Positions 8,106-18,400 of a DNA stretch of 29,161 bases are shown here, one piece after another. This DNA comes from a virus (lineage: Duplodnaviria > Caudoviricetes). The position numbers and the translations under genes are program-made. The DNA lies in the IMG/VR virus record IMGVR_UViG_3300035049_000152, positions 1 through 29,161 of that record; one strand, 5' to 3'. Below the pieces are notes generated by a model that did not search any database, was not told where the DNA came from, and worked only from the letters and a program-made list of their open reading frames with translations. Within the stretch, counting starts at the first letter, position 1. The number at the start of each line of letters is the position of its first letter.

Positions 8106-8713
8106 GTATAGGACCTGATATTGCAGAAGTTTTTGATGAATTAGGGACTGCTATTACTATTTATAAAGCTGATGGCAGGGAATTTCAAGAAAAAATAGAC
8201 ATGGAATACAGTGTTCAGGCATCCAGTCCATTTCTTACACAATTTATTATAGGAGCTTCTTTTGTTTATAATACAAATGCAGCTCCAGGGGATGTAGTTA
8301 CTGATGATGAAGGAGTACATTATCTTATAGCTGCAATGAATTCTCCAAAATTTGAAAATCAGATAGTTGTTTATGAATGTGTTTTGTACAGGTGCAATGT
8401 TGTAGGGGCATTAAAGAAAATGGCTCATGTAAGGCCAGAAGGAAGTGTGTCTTATACACCTACATGGAACATATTACAAGAAGACGTTCCTGCTCTTTTA
8501 ACAGGATTACCTGATGATAAATTATTGTCTGGTAAAGATTATGGTGAATTTCCTTCTTTTGAAATGAATCTTCATTTATCGGGAAATGTGGAAATTGAAG
8601 TCAAACATAGATTTGAATTGACTAATGGAGATAAATTAGAAGTAATTGGTATTGAACCAAGAAGATTGAATAACGTATCAATTTGCAAAGTTCGTGCTGA
8701 TGAAAGGGCTTGA
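8102..8713 (+). CDS. Putative head closure/stopper protein
   Basis: Beta-rich 203 aa, ATGA-coupled to the adaptor gene. C-terminal half (RCNVVG...PTWNILQEDVPA...IEVKHRFEL) resembles SPP1 gp16/lambda FII barrels. Confidence 0.55.
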   Translation: MSIGPDIAEVFDELGTAITIYKADGREFQEKIDMEYSVQASSPFLTQFIIGASFVYNTNAAPGDVVTDDEGVHYLIAAMNSPKFENQIVVYECVLYRCNVVGALKKMAHVRPEGSVSYTPTWNILQEDVPALLTGLPDDKLLSGKDYGEFPSFEMNLHLSGNVEIEVKHRFELTNGDKLEVIGIEPRRLNNVSICKVRADERA

Positions 8714-9906
8714 TTATGGCTAAAATCAAACCAAGTAGCTTATCGCCCCTATCCAAAAGTACTGGTAGGACTGTTTCTACAAGGCAAAGAGTTTCTGCTG
8801 GAAAACATCCAATTGATCTTTACGGGCTGGAAGATCTTTACCAAATTGCTGAAGATGCACAAAAAATGAAGTATCATGTAAATGATCTTCATAACCATTT
8901 CGTGAAATGGTTTGGTGGAGATGATGGTGGTGGTTTGTTTTCTTATAGAGTAGCTACTGATTTGGCTGCATATATTAAAACAAAGTTATTGGAAAATGAT
9001 GAAATTCCTGCATTGCGGTACGACTTATCAAGATTTTGGAAAGATACAAAAGCCCAATATCATTCAGCCAACAAATCTAAATTGGGTGTTGCTAGTGGTA
9101 CATTGGCTGATTCCATCAGAGCAATAAAATGGTCTGGAAAAAGTGGTCAATGGGCAGTAACTGTAACTGGTAAGTATTCAAGTGGCGTTCCGGGATATAT
9201 GGGTGGAGGAAAAATAACTGATGTCAGTATGGTGGGTAGTCTCTTAGAATTTGGTATGGAAGGTATTGGTGGTGGGGCTTCTGGAGAATCTTTATATCAA
9301 CCAACACCGAAGAAAAGAGTTAAGAAGAGCAAGAAAGGAAGACCTACTAAGAAAGAAAAACATTCACAACCCCCAAGACCCTGGTTTTATCCTGCTTTTC
9401 ATATGTATGTAAAGGAGAAGTTGCTTGAGCTTACAGATAAGGTCTTTCTTAATAAATACAATCAATACTTTAAACGGCTTGCGAAGAGTGCGAGTAAATT
9501 TAGTGATTATGACATGGGCATGTATTCTAAATTTGCTTCTGTTGATAGTGATGATTTTTGGGATGATTCTGATATGGGTGATGAATCAACCCAACCCACA
9601 GGTCCTACTGGAACATACGAAACTCCTGAAGATGACATACTTGAAACCTTTCAAGAATCTAAAAGAGAAGGTGATCCATTAATCAAAGAGTTCCATGATG
9701 AGGGATTTCAATTAGAATCAGAAGAACCTGATGATTTAATGGAAATGACTGTTGGTAGTTATCAAATGTTAGGAAATATGGTTTGGCAAATAGATAATCA
9801 AGAAAATTTTTATCAGTTCAGAAGTATACAAGAAGCAATCAATTTCATGAATGCTCAAAAGGAAGATAGGAGTGTAATTTTACGAAAAAAGAAACGTAAA
9901 AAATAG
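8710..9906 (+). CDS. Tail completion / neck protein (HK97 gp10-like) with long extensions
   Basis: Motifs SGTLADSI, LLEFG and PPRPWFYPAF are characteristic of HK97 gp10-like/virion morphogenesis proteins. True start may be the ATG at 8716. Confidence 0.7.
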   Translation: MIMAKIKPSSLSPLSKSTGRTVSTRQRVSAGKHPIDLYGLEDLYQIAEDAQKMKYHVNDLHNHFVKWFGGDDGGGLFSYRVATDLAAYIKTKLLENDEIPALRYDLSRFWKDTKAQYHSANKSKLGVASGTLADSIRAIKWSGKSGQWAVTVTGKYSSGVPGYMGGGKITDVSMVGSLLEFGMEGIGGGASGESLYQPTPKKRVKKSKKGRPTKKEKHSQPPRPWFYPAFHMYVKEKLLELTDKVFLNKYNQYFKRLAKSASKFSDYDMGMYSKFASVDSDDFWDDSDMGDESTQPTGPTGTYETPEDDILETFQESKREGDPLIKEFHDEGFQLESEEPDDLMEMTVGSYQMLGNMVWQIDNQENFYQFRSIQEAINFMNAQKEDRSVILRKKKRKK

Positions 9907-9921
9907 ACGAGGACAACCATT

Positions 9922-10161
9922 ATGGAATTTATAGATGCACAAAGCAGGGACCTACTTTTTATTTTGGGATTTAATACCAAGGATATTAAGTATTTACAGG
10001 CGTTGCTAGATCGTATTGACATTGTATACGATCAGAATGATGAGGAAGAAGTCGCAATGGTAGACTACTTGAACAAGAAATTGTATCCTACAGTCACTTG
10101 GATTTGCAAACAGTATGGGATTAATATGTTGGGGGATGGCAATGACGTATCCACTAATTAA
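9922..10161 (+). CDS. Hypothetical protein (79 aa)
   Basis: SD-like GAGGA, fills the gap in the operon, acidic and protein-like. No recognisable motif. Confidence 0.6.
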   Translation: MEFIDAQSRDLLFILGFNTKDIKYLQALLDRIDIVYDQNDEEEVAMVDYLNKKLYPTVTWICKQYGINMLGDGNDVSTN

Positions 10162-10576
10162 CAAAGAGTCTATTGTAAATGACTCTATAAAAAAGTACTT
10201 TGTGGAAAATCTGGTTAATGTGGAAGGTCTTTACGTAGTCTTTGACAGGACAATGTCGCCCCCGACGGAAACTGACGTGGATAAATGGGTTTTTGTGGAC
10301 ATTCAGGACACAGTTCCTGGTCAAGTAACAAGAAAAATGGTGATGGTTTATTGTTTTACCAGAGATGATCTGGAGGGTGTCCAGCTTGCGACTCTTATAG
10401 ATACGGTTATGAAGTACCTCTATGATAATCATTTGATTTTTTATGCAGAAGATAATGAGACTATTGTAGGGGGATCACTTCTTACCGTAGATGAATTGAG
10501 TCGTGTTGCAACAACAAAAGACAACACAAAGCTGAGGTATATTTCCGTCCTTTTAACATGGGGAGGTACGTGGTGA
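10142..10576 (+). CDS. Putative tail terminator (lambda gpU/SPP1 gp17-like)
   Basis: About 144 aa alpha/beta pattern just upstream of the tail tube gene. ATG at 10142 after GGGGGA is preferred over 10115. Synteny. Confidence 0.6.
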   Translation: MTYPLINKESIVNDSIKKYFVENLVNVEGLYVVFDRTMSPPTETDVDKWVFVDIQDTVPGQVTRKMVMVYCFTRDDLEGVQLATLIDTVMKYLYDNHLIFYAEDNETIVGGSLLTVDELSRVATTKDNTKLRYISVLLTWGGTW

Positions 10577-10818
10577 TTGATGCTACAGAAATCCCTGAAG
10601 GTGGATGGGTGCTTTGTGAAAAGTGTGGCAAAAAGCTTTTACGGCGCAAACCAAACGGCATTTTTGTTTTTCGGTTTGGTAAACGCAATGGTGGCAAAAG
10701 CAGTGTGGTTCATATGGAAATTTTAGGATCAATCAAAATGAGATGTTTGCGTCCTGAAAATGAATGTGGACACATGAATATTATCAACTTTTTTCCAGAT
10801 AATATTAAAATAAACTAG
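10573..10818 (+). CDS. Mu Com-like zinc-ribbon protein
   Basis: CEKCGKKLL ... IKMRCLRPENECGHMN matches the Com pattern CxxCxKLL...IxC..CxxxN. GGAGG at 10562-10566 and GTG at 10573 overlapping the upstream TGA. Confidence 0.7.
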   Translation: MIDATEIPEGGWVLCEKCGKKLLRRKPNGIFVFRFGKRNGGKSSVVHMEILGSIKMRCLRPENECGHMNIINFFPDNIKIN

Positions 10819-10832
10819 CTAGGAGGCTTATT

Positions 10833-11459
10833 ATGGCAACTACCCGTACTGGTCCTGTAACGAGAGCTGCTGATACTGTTCCAATTGGATTGGCAAAAGT
10901 TTTGGTCAATCCTGACTGGAAAACTTATTTTGAGACTCGTGGAGCAGCCCTTAATGAAACCACTGATTCTTTGGGAGCTTTGAATTCATCTTCTTTTAAT
11001 TCTGAAGTTGATTTCTGGCGTTTGGAATCTGGTTTCCCGGCATTTGAAGACGTGGTTGTTCCATTGCGTGAACGGGCAAGTTTTGAACTGGAATTCAAAG
11101 AAGTCCATCCACGAAACATGGCTTTGGCTCGTGGTGATGATCCCACTGGACTTGATGACAATCACAGTGGTGAAATTACTTTGGGTACTTTATCTACTCC
11201 GGAAAATGTGCGTATGGAAGCTGTGTATACTTACCCTGATAAGGTACACAAGATGCTCTTCATTTTTCCAAGGGCGCAGATTTCCAGTTCCGCATCTATC
11301 AGTTTTGCCCAGGAAGATAACAGTAATGTTCCCATGACTATTGAAGCTCGACGTGCTGATTCTGAAACACAAGAAGTTCTCGATGCTATAGATGATGGAG
11401 ATATTACTGATGGCACTGTTTGGGATGATGCACCTTTGGGTGTTATCCAGTTTTCATAA
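10833..11459 (+). CDS. Major tail tube protein
   Basis: 208 aa beta-rich, with motifs PIGLAKV, SLGAL, FELEFKEV..RNMALA, FPRAQI. Strong SD AGGAGG, followed by a hairpin and the chaperone/TMP genes. Confidence 0.85.
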   Translation: MATTRTGPVTRAADTVPIGLAKVLVNPDWKTYFETRGAALNETTDSLGALNSSSFNSEVDFWRLESGFPAFEDVVVPLRERASFELEFKEVHPRNMALARGDDPTGLDDNHSGEITLGTLSTPENVRMEAVYTYPDKVHKMLFIFPRAQISSSASISFAQEDNSNVPMTIEARRADSETQEVLDAIDDGDITDGTVWDDAPLGVIQFS

Positions 11460-11481
11460 TCTGTAATAATACGTAATTCAA

Positions 11482-11518
11482 CCCTGCCACTCCAGTAGTG
11501 GCAGGGAACTTTCTTTTT
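11482..11518 (+). terminator. Terminator/attenuator-like hairpin after the tail tube gene
   Basis: Perfect 10-bp stem CCCTGCCACT / AGTGGCAGGG with 5-nt loop. The T-rich tract is offset by AAC. Confidence 0.7.
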
Positions 11519-11546
11519 CAACACAACCCTGTTTAGGAGGTCTACA

Positions 11547-11978
11547 ATGGCCAGCAAGAAAGAAAAGACCAGTCTCCTTCCTGAAGTACGTCAAGTTCAA
11601 GTTGGTATAAGAGAAGTACGTACAGAAAATATGTATCCTCTTTCCTTGAATGATCAATTTGAACTGGCTGATCAAATCACAGAAGTCTTATCTTATATTA
11701 TGGACCTTGAAAGTTCTGGTGCTTTGAAAGAAGCTGATGAAACTGACAAGGATCAAACAATGGGGATTATTCAATCTCTGTTGTCATCTCTCCATAAATC
11801 CATTCCTTTTATCCTTGAAAAGTGTTTTGATGATGTCACGATGAGTGATGTTACAAATAATCAAATGATTGATATTGCCTACAATCTGTTTGATGTGAAT
11901 TATAAAGATTTGTCAAAAAACTTGAAAGACCTCTTCAAGAAGAAGGCAGTGAAGATGGATCAGGCGACTCAAGCCTAG
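11547..11978 (+). CDS. Tail assembly chaperone (gpG equivalent)
   Basis: Between tail tube and tape measure genes. SD AGGAGGT. Contains an in-phase slippery heptamer. Confidence 0.85.
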   Translation: MASKKEKTSLLPEVRQVQVGIREVRTENMYPLSLNDQFELADQITEVLSYIMDLESSGALKEADETDKDQTMGIIQSLLSSLHKSIPFILEKCFDDVTMSDVTNNQMIDIAYNLFDVNYKDLSKNLKDLFKKKAVKMDQATQA

Positions 11979-12415
11979 ATTCCAAAGAAACTGTTTCCAT
12001 TGAAGAGGTCATTGCAACGGTATGTAGGAGATTTCCAGGGTACAGATTAGAACATTTTACGAAATTATCCTATAAGGAAGGTGGTGTAACAAAAGATCAA
12101 TTGGTTGCATTATTTGAGATAGGAGAAAAACAAGTTTCTGATGAAAAGTGGCTGGATTATAAATTTTATGCTTCTATGCAGGGGCATGATTTAGATAAAG
12201 CTATTAGAGACAAGCAGGAAAAAACAGGAGAACGAAAGCTTACCAAAGAAGAGTTATTTGAAGAAGCTGCAAGATCACCTTTCCCTGTTTTTAGAGATCC
12301 TGATTATTACGATCACTTGACTCAAGAAGAAAGGGAACAATTGACCCAAATAATGATGGGCAAACATGTTTATTGGAGAGATAAAAAAGCTGCACAAAAA
12401 CAACCACGTAAATAA
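11547..12415 (+). CDS. Tail assembly chaperone, -1 frameshift product (gpGT equivalent, ~289 aa; join 11547-11921 with 11921-12415)
   Basis: The -1 frame is open from 11906 (after TAA 11903-11905) to 12415 and includes the listed 12101..12415 ORF, which has only a TTG start. Confidence 0.85.
11915..11921 (+). promoter_or_regulatory. Programmed -1 ribosomal frameshift site A AAA AAC
   Basis: Codons TCA AAA AAC give an X XXY YYZ heptamer in the correct phase, inside the overlap of the two open frames. Confidence 0.85.
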
Positions 12416-12436
12416 TAAAAATATTGGGAGTTAATA

Positions 12437-15400
12437 ATGGCTGAAGGAAAATTAGGTGTCTATATAAGTGGTGCTGTATCAGGTGGACTGTTACAGGGCC
12501 TTAATGCTCTCAGAAAAGAGCTTGATGCTTTTTCTAGTTCTGCAAAAAGTGCTGGAAAAACTGATGTGTCAAATAAGCTCAAGACAATTGCTGAGGGTAT
12601 ACAGACAGCTACTGAATCCGTCAGTCAGCAAGCAGGAGCTACGGGTGATAGTATACGGTCTATGTTTGAAGCTATTGCCCGTGCTGCTGCTGAATATGCT
12701 GCTGAGATTCGTAACCTACATGGGGTTGGTGATGAAGTCAGTGAAGAAATGTCCGATATGGATAAAAAAGGACATGACTTAGCTGAATCATTAGCAATGC
12801 TGTCTCGTCAATTGAGTATGATGAATGATGCTTCTATTAAAGAAGCATCCAAGAATTTTGCTACCATATCTGATAGTATGGATGGAGTATCTGACGATGC
12901 TGAAGAGCAAGCTAAATCTATTGCAATTTTAGAAGAAGCTTGGGCACGTTGGGCCTCCGACCTTTCTGATCCCGCCGGACTCAAATCTGCCAAAAAAGCC
13001 CTCCAGTCTTTAGCTGATTCTATTTATGGCACTGAACGTGCTTTGAAAGATGCTGGACATGATATGTCTGGTTGGGTTGATTCTCTTGAATCTGATAAAT
13101 TACAAGAGGCTTTTGATAAAGGTCTTTTGAAACCAACGAAGAGTGGTTTCAAAATTTATCATGAATCAGCAAAAGATTTTTTGAACCTCTCTGAAGAACA
13201 AGTACGAGCAATCCAAAAAGTCACTGATGCACTTTCTGAGCTTGATAAAGAGTATCAGAAAATAAATCAGATGGACGTTACTGAAGGTAATGAAAACTAT
13301 GTTCGTTCCCTTCAGAAATTGATTGATACGAAGGGCGAAGATACTGCCGTTACAGAAAAATGGCTCAGTGTTCTTAGAAAAAGTCATTCTGCATTAGATC
13401 GTTATAAAGCTCAGTTTGATGAAGCTGATTCTGAAATGAGGGGTTTAATAGATAGTACCGATAGATACTCCCTTGTTCAATCAGCACTGAATAATGATAT
13501 CAAGGTCACAAAAGATGGCATTAAAATATTGACAAAAGATGGATTGAAGCCTTTCAATGAGATGACACTTGATACAGTTGATTCTCTCGATATGCTCAGT
13601 TCAAATCTGAAAAAGTCTTTGAAATCAGATATTGATTTAGATTTTGAAGGTGTAAAAAGCAAACAAATAAAAAATATAAAAGAATTCAATGAGGGCATTA
13701 GCGAATCGTCAAGCAAAGTCAGTGTATACAAACAACGCCTAAATGAACTGCAAGAAGCAGAAAAAGACAATATTCGGAATGCCAGACAAATGCGGGAAGC
13801 TTATGAAGAATTGGCTTCCGAATATGCTGATAATGATGTTGCAGCAAATAAGATTTATAAAAATCTTAAAAGAATGGAAGAAGCTTTATACTCACAAACG
13901 TCTGCTTTGAAAGAAGAGGATAAAGCTTATAAAGAAATTATTGAAAGTATGGATCGGGTGGAGGGGTATCACCAAGTATTTGGCAAAGGTGATAATTTAA
14001 AGATCACAACAAAAGGATTTCAGGCTTTAAATGAAGAAGGATTAAGACCTTTTGTCGGTCTTACAAATGAGGCTGCTGAAAGCATGGGGTTGATGCATCC
14101 TCATTTTAAGAAATATCAAGAACAATTGAAACAAAGTTTTGAATTCACTGATGAGTGGTCTGATTCAATAAAGAAAATTGCTGGTAATAACAAAGCTCAT
14201 GCTGATGTTCTTGACCATTTAGGTGGTAAGTATGGAAAGAATATTGATTCTTTACATAGATATAATAGCGCAACTTTACAGGCTTACAAAAATATACATA
14301 GGTATGTACATACAAATCAGACGTACATTCACCAGTTAGAAGCTGAAGCGAAAAAAAGAGAAGCTGCCGGAAGATCGACTACACGGCATAGAAAGAAGAT
14401 TGAACAGTATAAAAATAATATCATTGAGGCAAAAAAACATCAATCTTTGTTAAATGAGACTAATCAAGTTTGGAATGAAAGGTTAGGTCTTTCAGCTAAA
14501 CGAACAAGTCATTTTGCCAAAGAACAAAAGAAATTAGCAAATCAGGCAGGTGCATTAGGAAATGTATTCACTGCTGTAAATACACGTTTAAAACAATTTG
14601 CTGCATTTGTTATTGCTGCTTTGATTATACAGCAATTGACTCAGGCTATTCGTGAAGCCGTAATGATCATATCCGATTATGATCAGGCTTTACATAATCT
14701 TCAAGCTATTATTGAAATAACAGTAAGTCAGTCCCAAGTTCTTGGTGATATAATACGTACAGTTGCTAGAGACACTAAGTTTTCAGCTACTGAAGTAGCA
14801 GAAGGTGTCCGATTACTTGGTCAGGCAGGTTTTGACATGGTTCAGGCCATGCAAGCACTCCCAGGCGTGTCAAGACTTGCTACAGGTACTATGGAGCAAT
14901 TTGATGTTGTTGTTGATTTGGTGACAACTACAGTCAACGCATTTCAAATGCAGACAACAAGGGCATCAGAAACTGCTGATATTTTTGCTAATGCAATCAA
15001 TAATTCAAAGCTCAATGTTGATAAACTCAATACAGCTTTTAACTACGTAGGTGCTGCCGGAAAACAAGCAGGTCTTACTATTAATCAGCTTGCTGGTACT
15101 TTAATGACTCTTGCTGATAATGGTATTCGTGCCAGTACAATGGGTACTGGTCTGCGTAGGACTTTGTTAGGAATGCTTGATCCTTCTCAGGATTTAGCTA
15201 CTGAATTAGGAAATGTTGGTCTTAAAGTAGATGATCTCAATCCTAAGATTGTTGGTTATCAACAAGCTTTGAAAAATCTTGCTCCTCTTATTTGGGATTT
15301 TGAGAGGGGCATGGTTGATATGGGCAAGGCCAGTGACTATTTCGGAAAACGTGCTTCTCAGGTTGTGTCTATTCTTGTGAGGGAAGCTGGAGAAGGTGGT

Positions 15401-18400
15401 GCAATAGAAAGGGCTATTGAAAAGACCAGAGAAATTGGGTCTGCTTCAGAAATGGCAGCTACTCAGCAAGAAGGTCTTGGTTTAAAGCTCAAAAACTTGG
15501 TTGATAGGGCTAAGAATGTTGTTCTTGCTTTAGGTGATGCTGGACTAAATGACGTTTTAAAAGCTGTTATTGATTCTTTGCGTGGTGCTGCTGCTGCTGC
15601 GGAAATGTTCATAGATAGATTTCCTGTGGCCCTCCAGGTCATGGGAGTGGCTACCGCAACATTGGCAGTTACTGCTGCACTACAAGGACTGTCTTTTATT
15701 TTACGTAAAGTCACACCTATGCTTAGCAGATTTGTTGGTGTGTTGACTGGTCCTATTGGTATTGCTGCTGCTGTGGCGACTTCTTTGATAGTTATTGGAA
15801 AACAGGTTGTGACTTTCCATGAAAGAACTGCTGAAGCTGCTGCGAAAGCTGGTGAGGAGATGATTTATCATGCCAAAACAGCAGAGTCTTATGGAAAAGT
15901 GCTCAAACAAGCAGCGGAAGAGGGTAGTGAGGAATTCAGTAGAGCTGTTCATTACATGGAGGAAGATGCTAAGGAAGTAGCTGATTCTATAGCACAAGAT
16001 TTGGGATATGATACTTTATCAGACATGGCTGATGGAGTTGAAGATAATTCCGAAAAAGCTATTGAAGCTATGGAAAAGCTTGGAGCTACAGTTGAGAAGA
16101 TATCTGATGAAAGTTATCAGGCTGCCAAGGAAAACATTACCAAGGCAATGGAAGAGATTATCAACCAAATGGAAGATAATCAAGATTTTGAGAATTTTAA
16201 GAAAAAAGGCTTTTTGGATTTTAAGCAGTTCTTTTTAAATCTTCCTGCTATGTTGACTGGTAGTGGATCTCTTGTCACTTCAGAATACATACTCCGTGCT
16301 ATTTTTGGAAAAGATGAAGAAGAACTTAGAGCTTTGCTTGAAGATTACATGGAAAGATCTATCATTCCAGTACTTCATGAAGCTTTGAGTATTAAGGGGA
16401 TTACTACTGAAGAAGGATTGTCTGATTATTTTGAAGAGGAATTTGCTTCTCTTAAACGAGTAATGGACCCGGAAGATTTTAAAGATTTTAAGAAAGATGT
16501 GTTTGATGTATTCAATGCGATGACTGAGGAAAGTGGTGTTACTTTTGAAAAAATGCACAATATCATCAGTCAGAATTTAGCTGAAATCAGCGGCACTATT
16601 TCTGATTTTAATTTGTCAGTAAAAGACAAGTTCAAGTTGTTTGGTGAAAGAGAAGAAAATGAAAAAGAGGCAATGGAATACAGAGAGTTTCTGGATGAGA
16701 ACTTTGATTATACAGAAACGAAACTGAATGCTTTAGCCAATGAATACAAAACAAAGCTCGATATGCAATCTATTCTTGGCATTGTTAAGGATAATATTGA
16801 TGAGCTTACTGATGAATTTGATGCTTATGCTGAAGAAAGATTAGCCCAAACTGAAACGACTGAACTGGAAGAGTTTGCTATTGTCAAAAATCAGTTGGAG
16901 AGCAAACTTCAATTATATAAGAATCATTATGAAAGAATAAAAGATCTTACTGGATCAGAAGAGTTGGCTGATGAATTAAGAAGTCGTATAACAGAAACAG
17001 AAAAAGCATTAAAAGAGAATGCAAAAAATACTGAAGACTTTTTGAATGAGGTTTCTGAAAACATCATTCATAATATTTATGATAAGGAAATCAATAAAGC
17101 TGAAGAAGGCAGTTTAGAACAACTGAAGATAGAAAAGGAAAAGACAGAAAAGCTTTTAGAATTCAAACAAAGAATTCTTGAAAATAGCAAATTGTCTGTA
17201 AAGGAAGAGCAAGCACTTCAAGCTGAAATTATATCCTTACAAAAGGATCTTCTCAGTCAGGAAAAAGACATACTAGATAAACGCCTTGACAACTACGATG
17301 AGTTCTACCAGGAACGAATGTCCAAGCTTGAGGCAGATGCCGAGAAAAGGCGCATCAAATGGGAAAGACTGGCTGCTGAGGACATGGTTTCCGAAGGCAC
17401 TGCCATACTGAAAATATCTGACGTGGATGTGAAGGAAGCTGAAGAACAGTTTGTAGAGAAAGCTGGAAGAGTACAAGATTTAGTTGATATATATGGTGGT
17501 GTGGAAAATGCCAGAGGTAAAAAGGAGTATATACAAGCTCTTGAAGAAATGAGGGACGCTGAAAATAATTATCAGCAAAAAAGAATACAACGTATAGAAG
17601 CTTTCAAACGAGCAATGAAAGCTGACAATAAAGAGATTGAAGAAGAATATGCTCAACATGAGCAAGAGCTTCAAAATCAATACCAAAAAAGATTAAATAA
17701 TATTCAAAGCAATGCTGTTGCTGAATTGGAAGTGGAAAGGGAACGGCTGAAAGAGCTTATTGATCTAAAACAAGAAGAGCTTGAGAAGGTTGAAGGCAAA
17801 GAAGCAATAGAGAAGAAGCAGCAAGAATTGTTATCTCTGAAAGAGGAACTTAAAGACAATGAGCTTTCTCTTATTGAAGCTAGTAATGAAAAAATACAAA
17901 GTGAAATTGAGACTGGATACAGTAAACGTCTTGCTGCTGTCAGAAATAATAAGTTGCAAGAGCTTGCCATTGAGCGGGAACGTATACAGGAACTGATTAA
18001 AGCAAAAGAAAAAGAAATTGAAATTGCTGTTGGTCCTGATATGCGTAGGGAGAAAGAAAAAGAGCTTGCTGCACTTCAGGAAGAACTTAAAGAGAATGAA
18101 GAAGATATTCTTGATGAAAGAGCAAAGAACATTAATGAGTATGTAGATAAGGTTATAAGTGATTATGACCGTTTGATTGAAACATTCAATGTTGATCTTA
18201 GCCAAAAATTGTTTACTGGTGAAATTACGGAAGATGAGTACATCAGACAAAAAGCTGATAAGCAACTTGAAATGGTTAGGAAGATAGTTGAAACACGAAA
18301 AAAGCAGACTGAAGATCTTGCAAAACTGTATCCTAAAACGGCTGAAGAATATAAGGATGCAAAACAGCAGGAAAAAGATGCTGCACTGGCAGTTCAAGAA

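Noticed and set aside
12101-12415. Standalone 104-aa gene
   Set aside because: It has a TTG start with no well-spaced SD and its frame is open back to the slippery site, so it is better explained as the frameshift extension.
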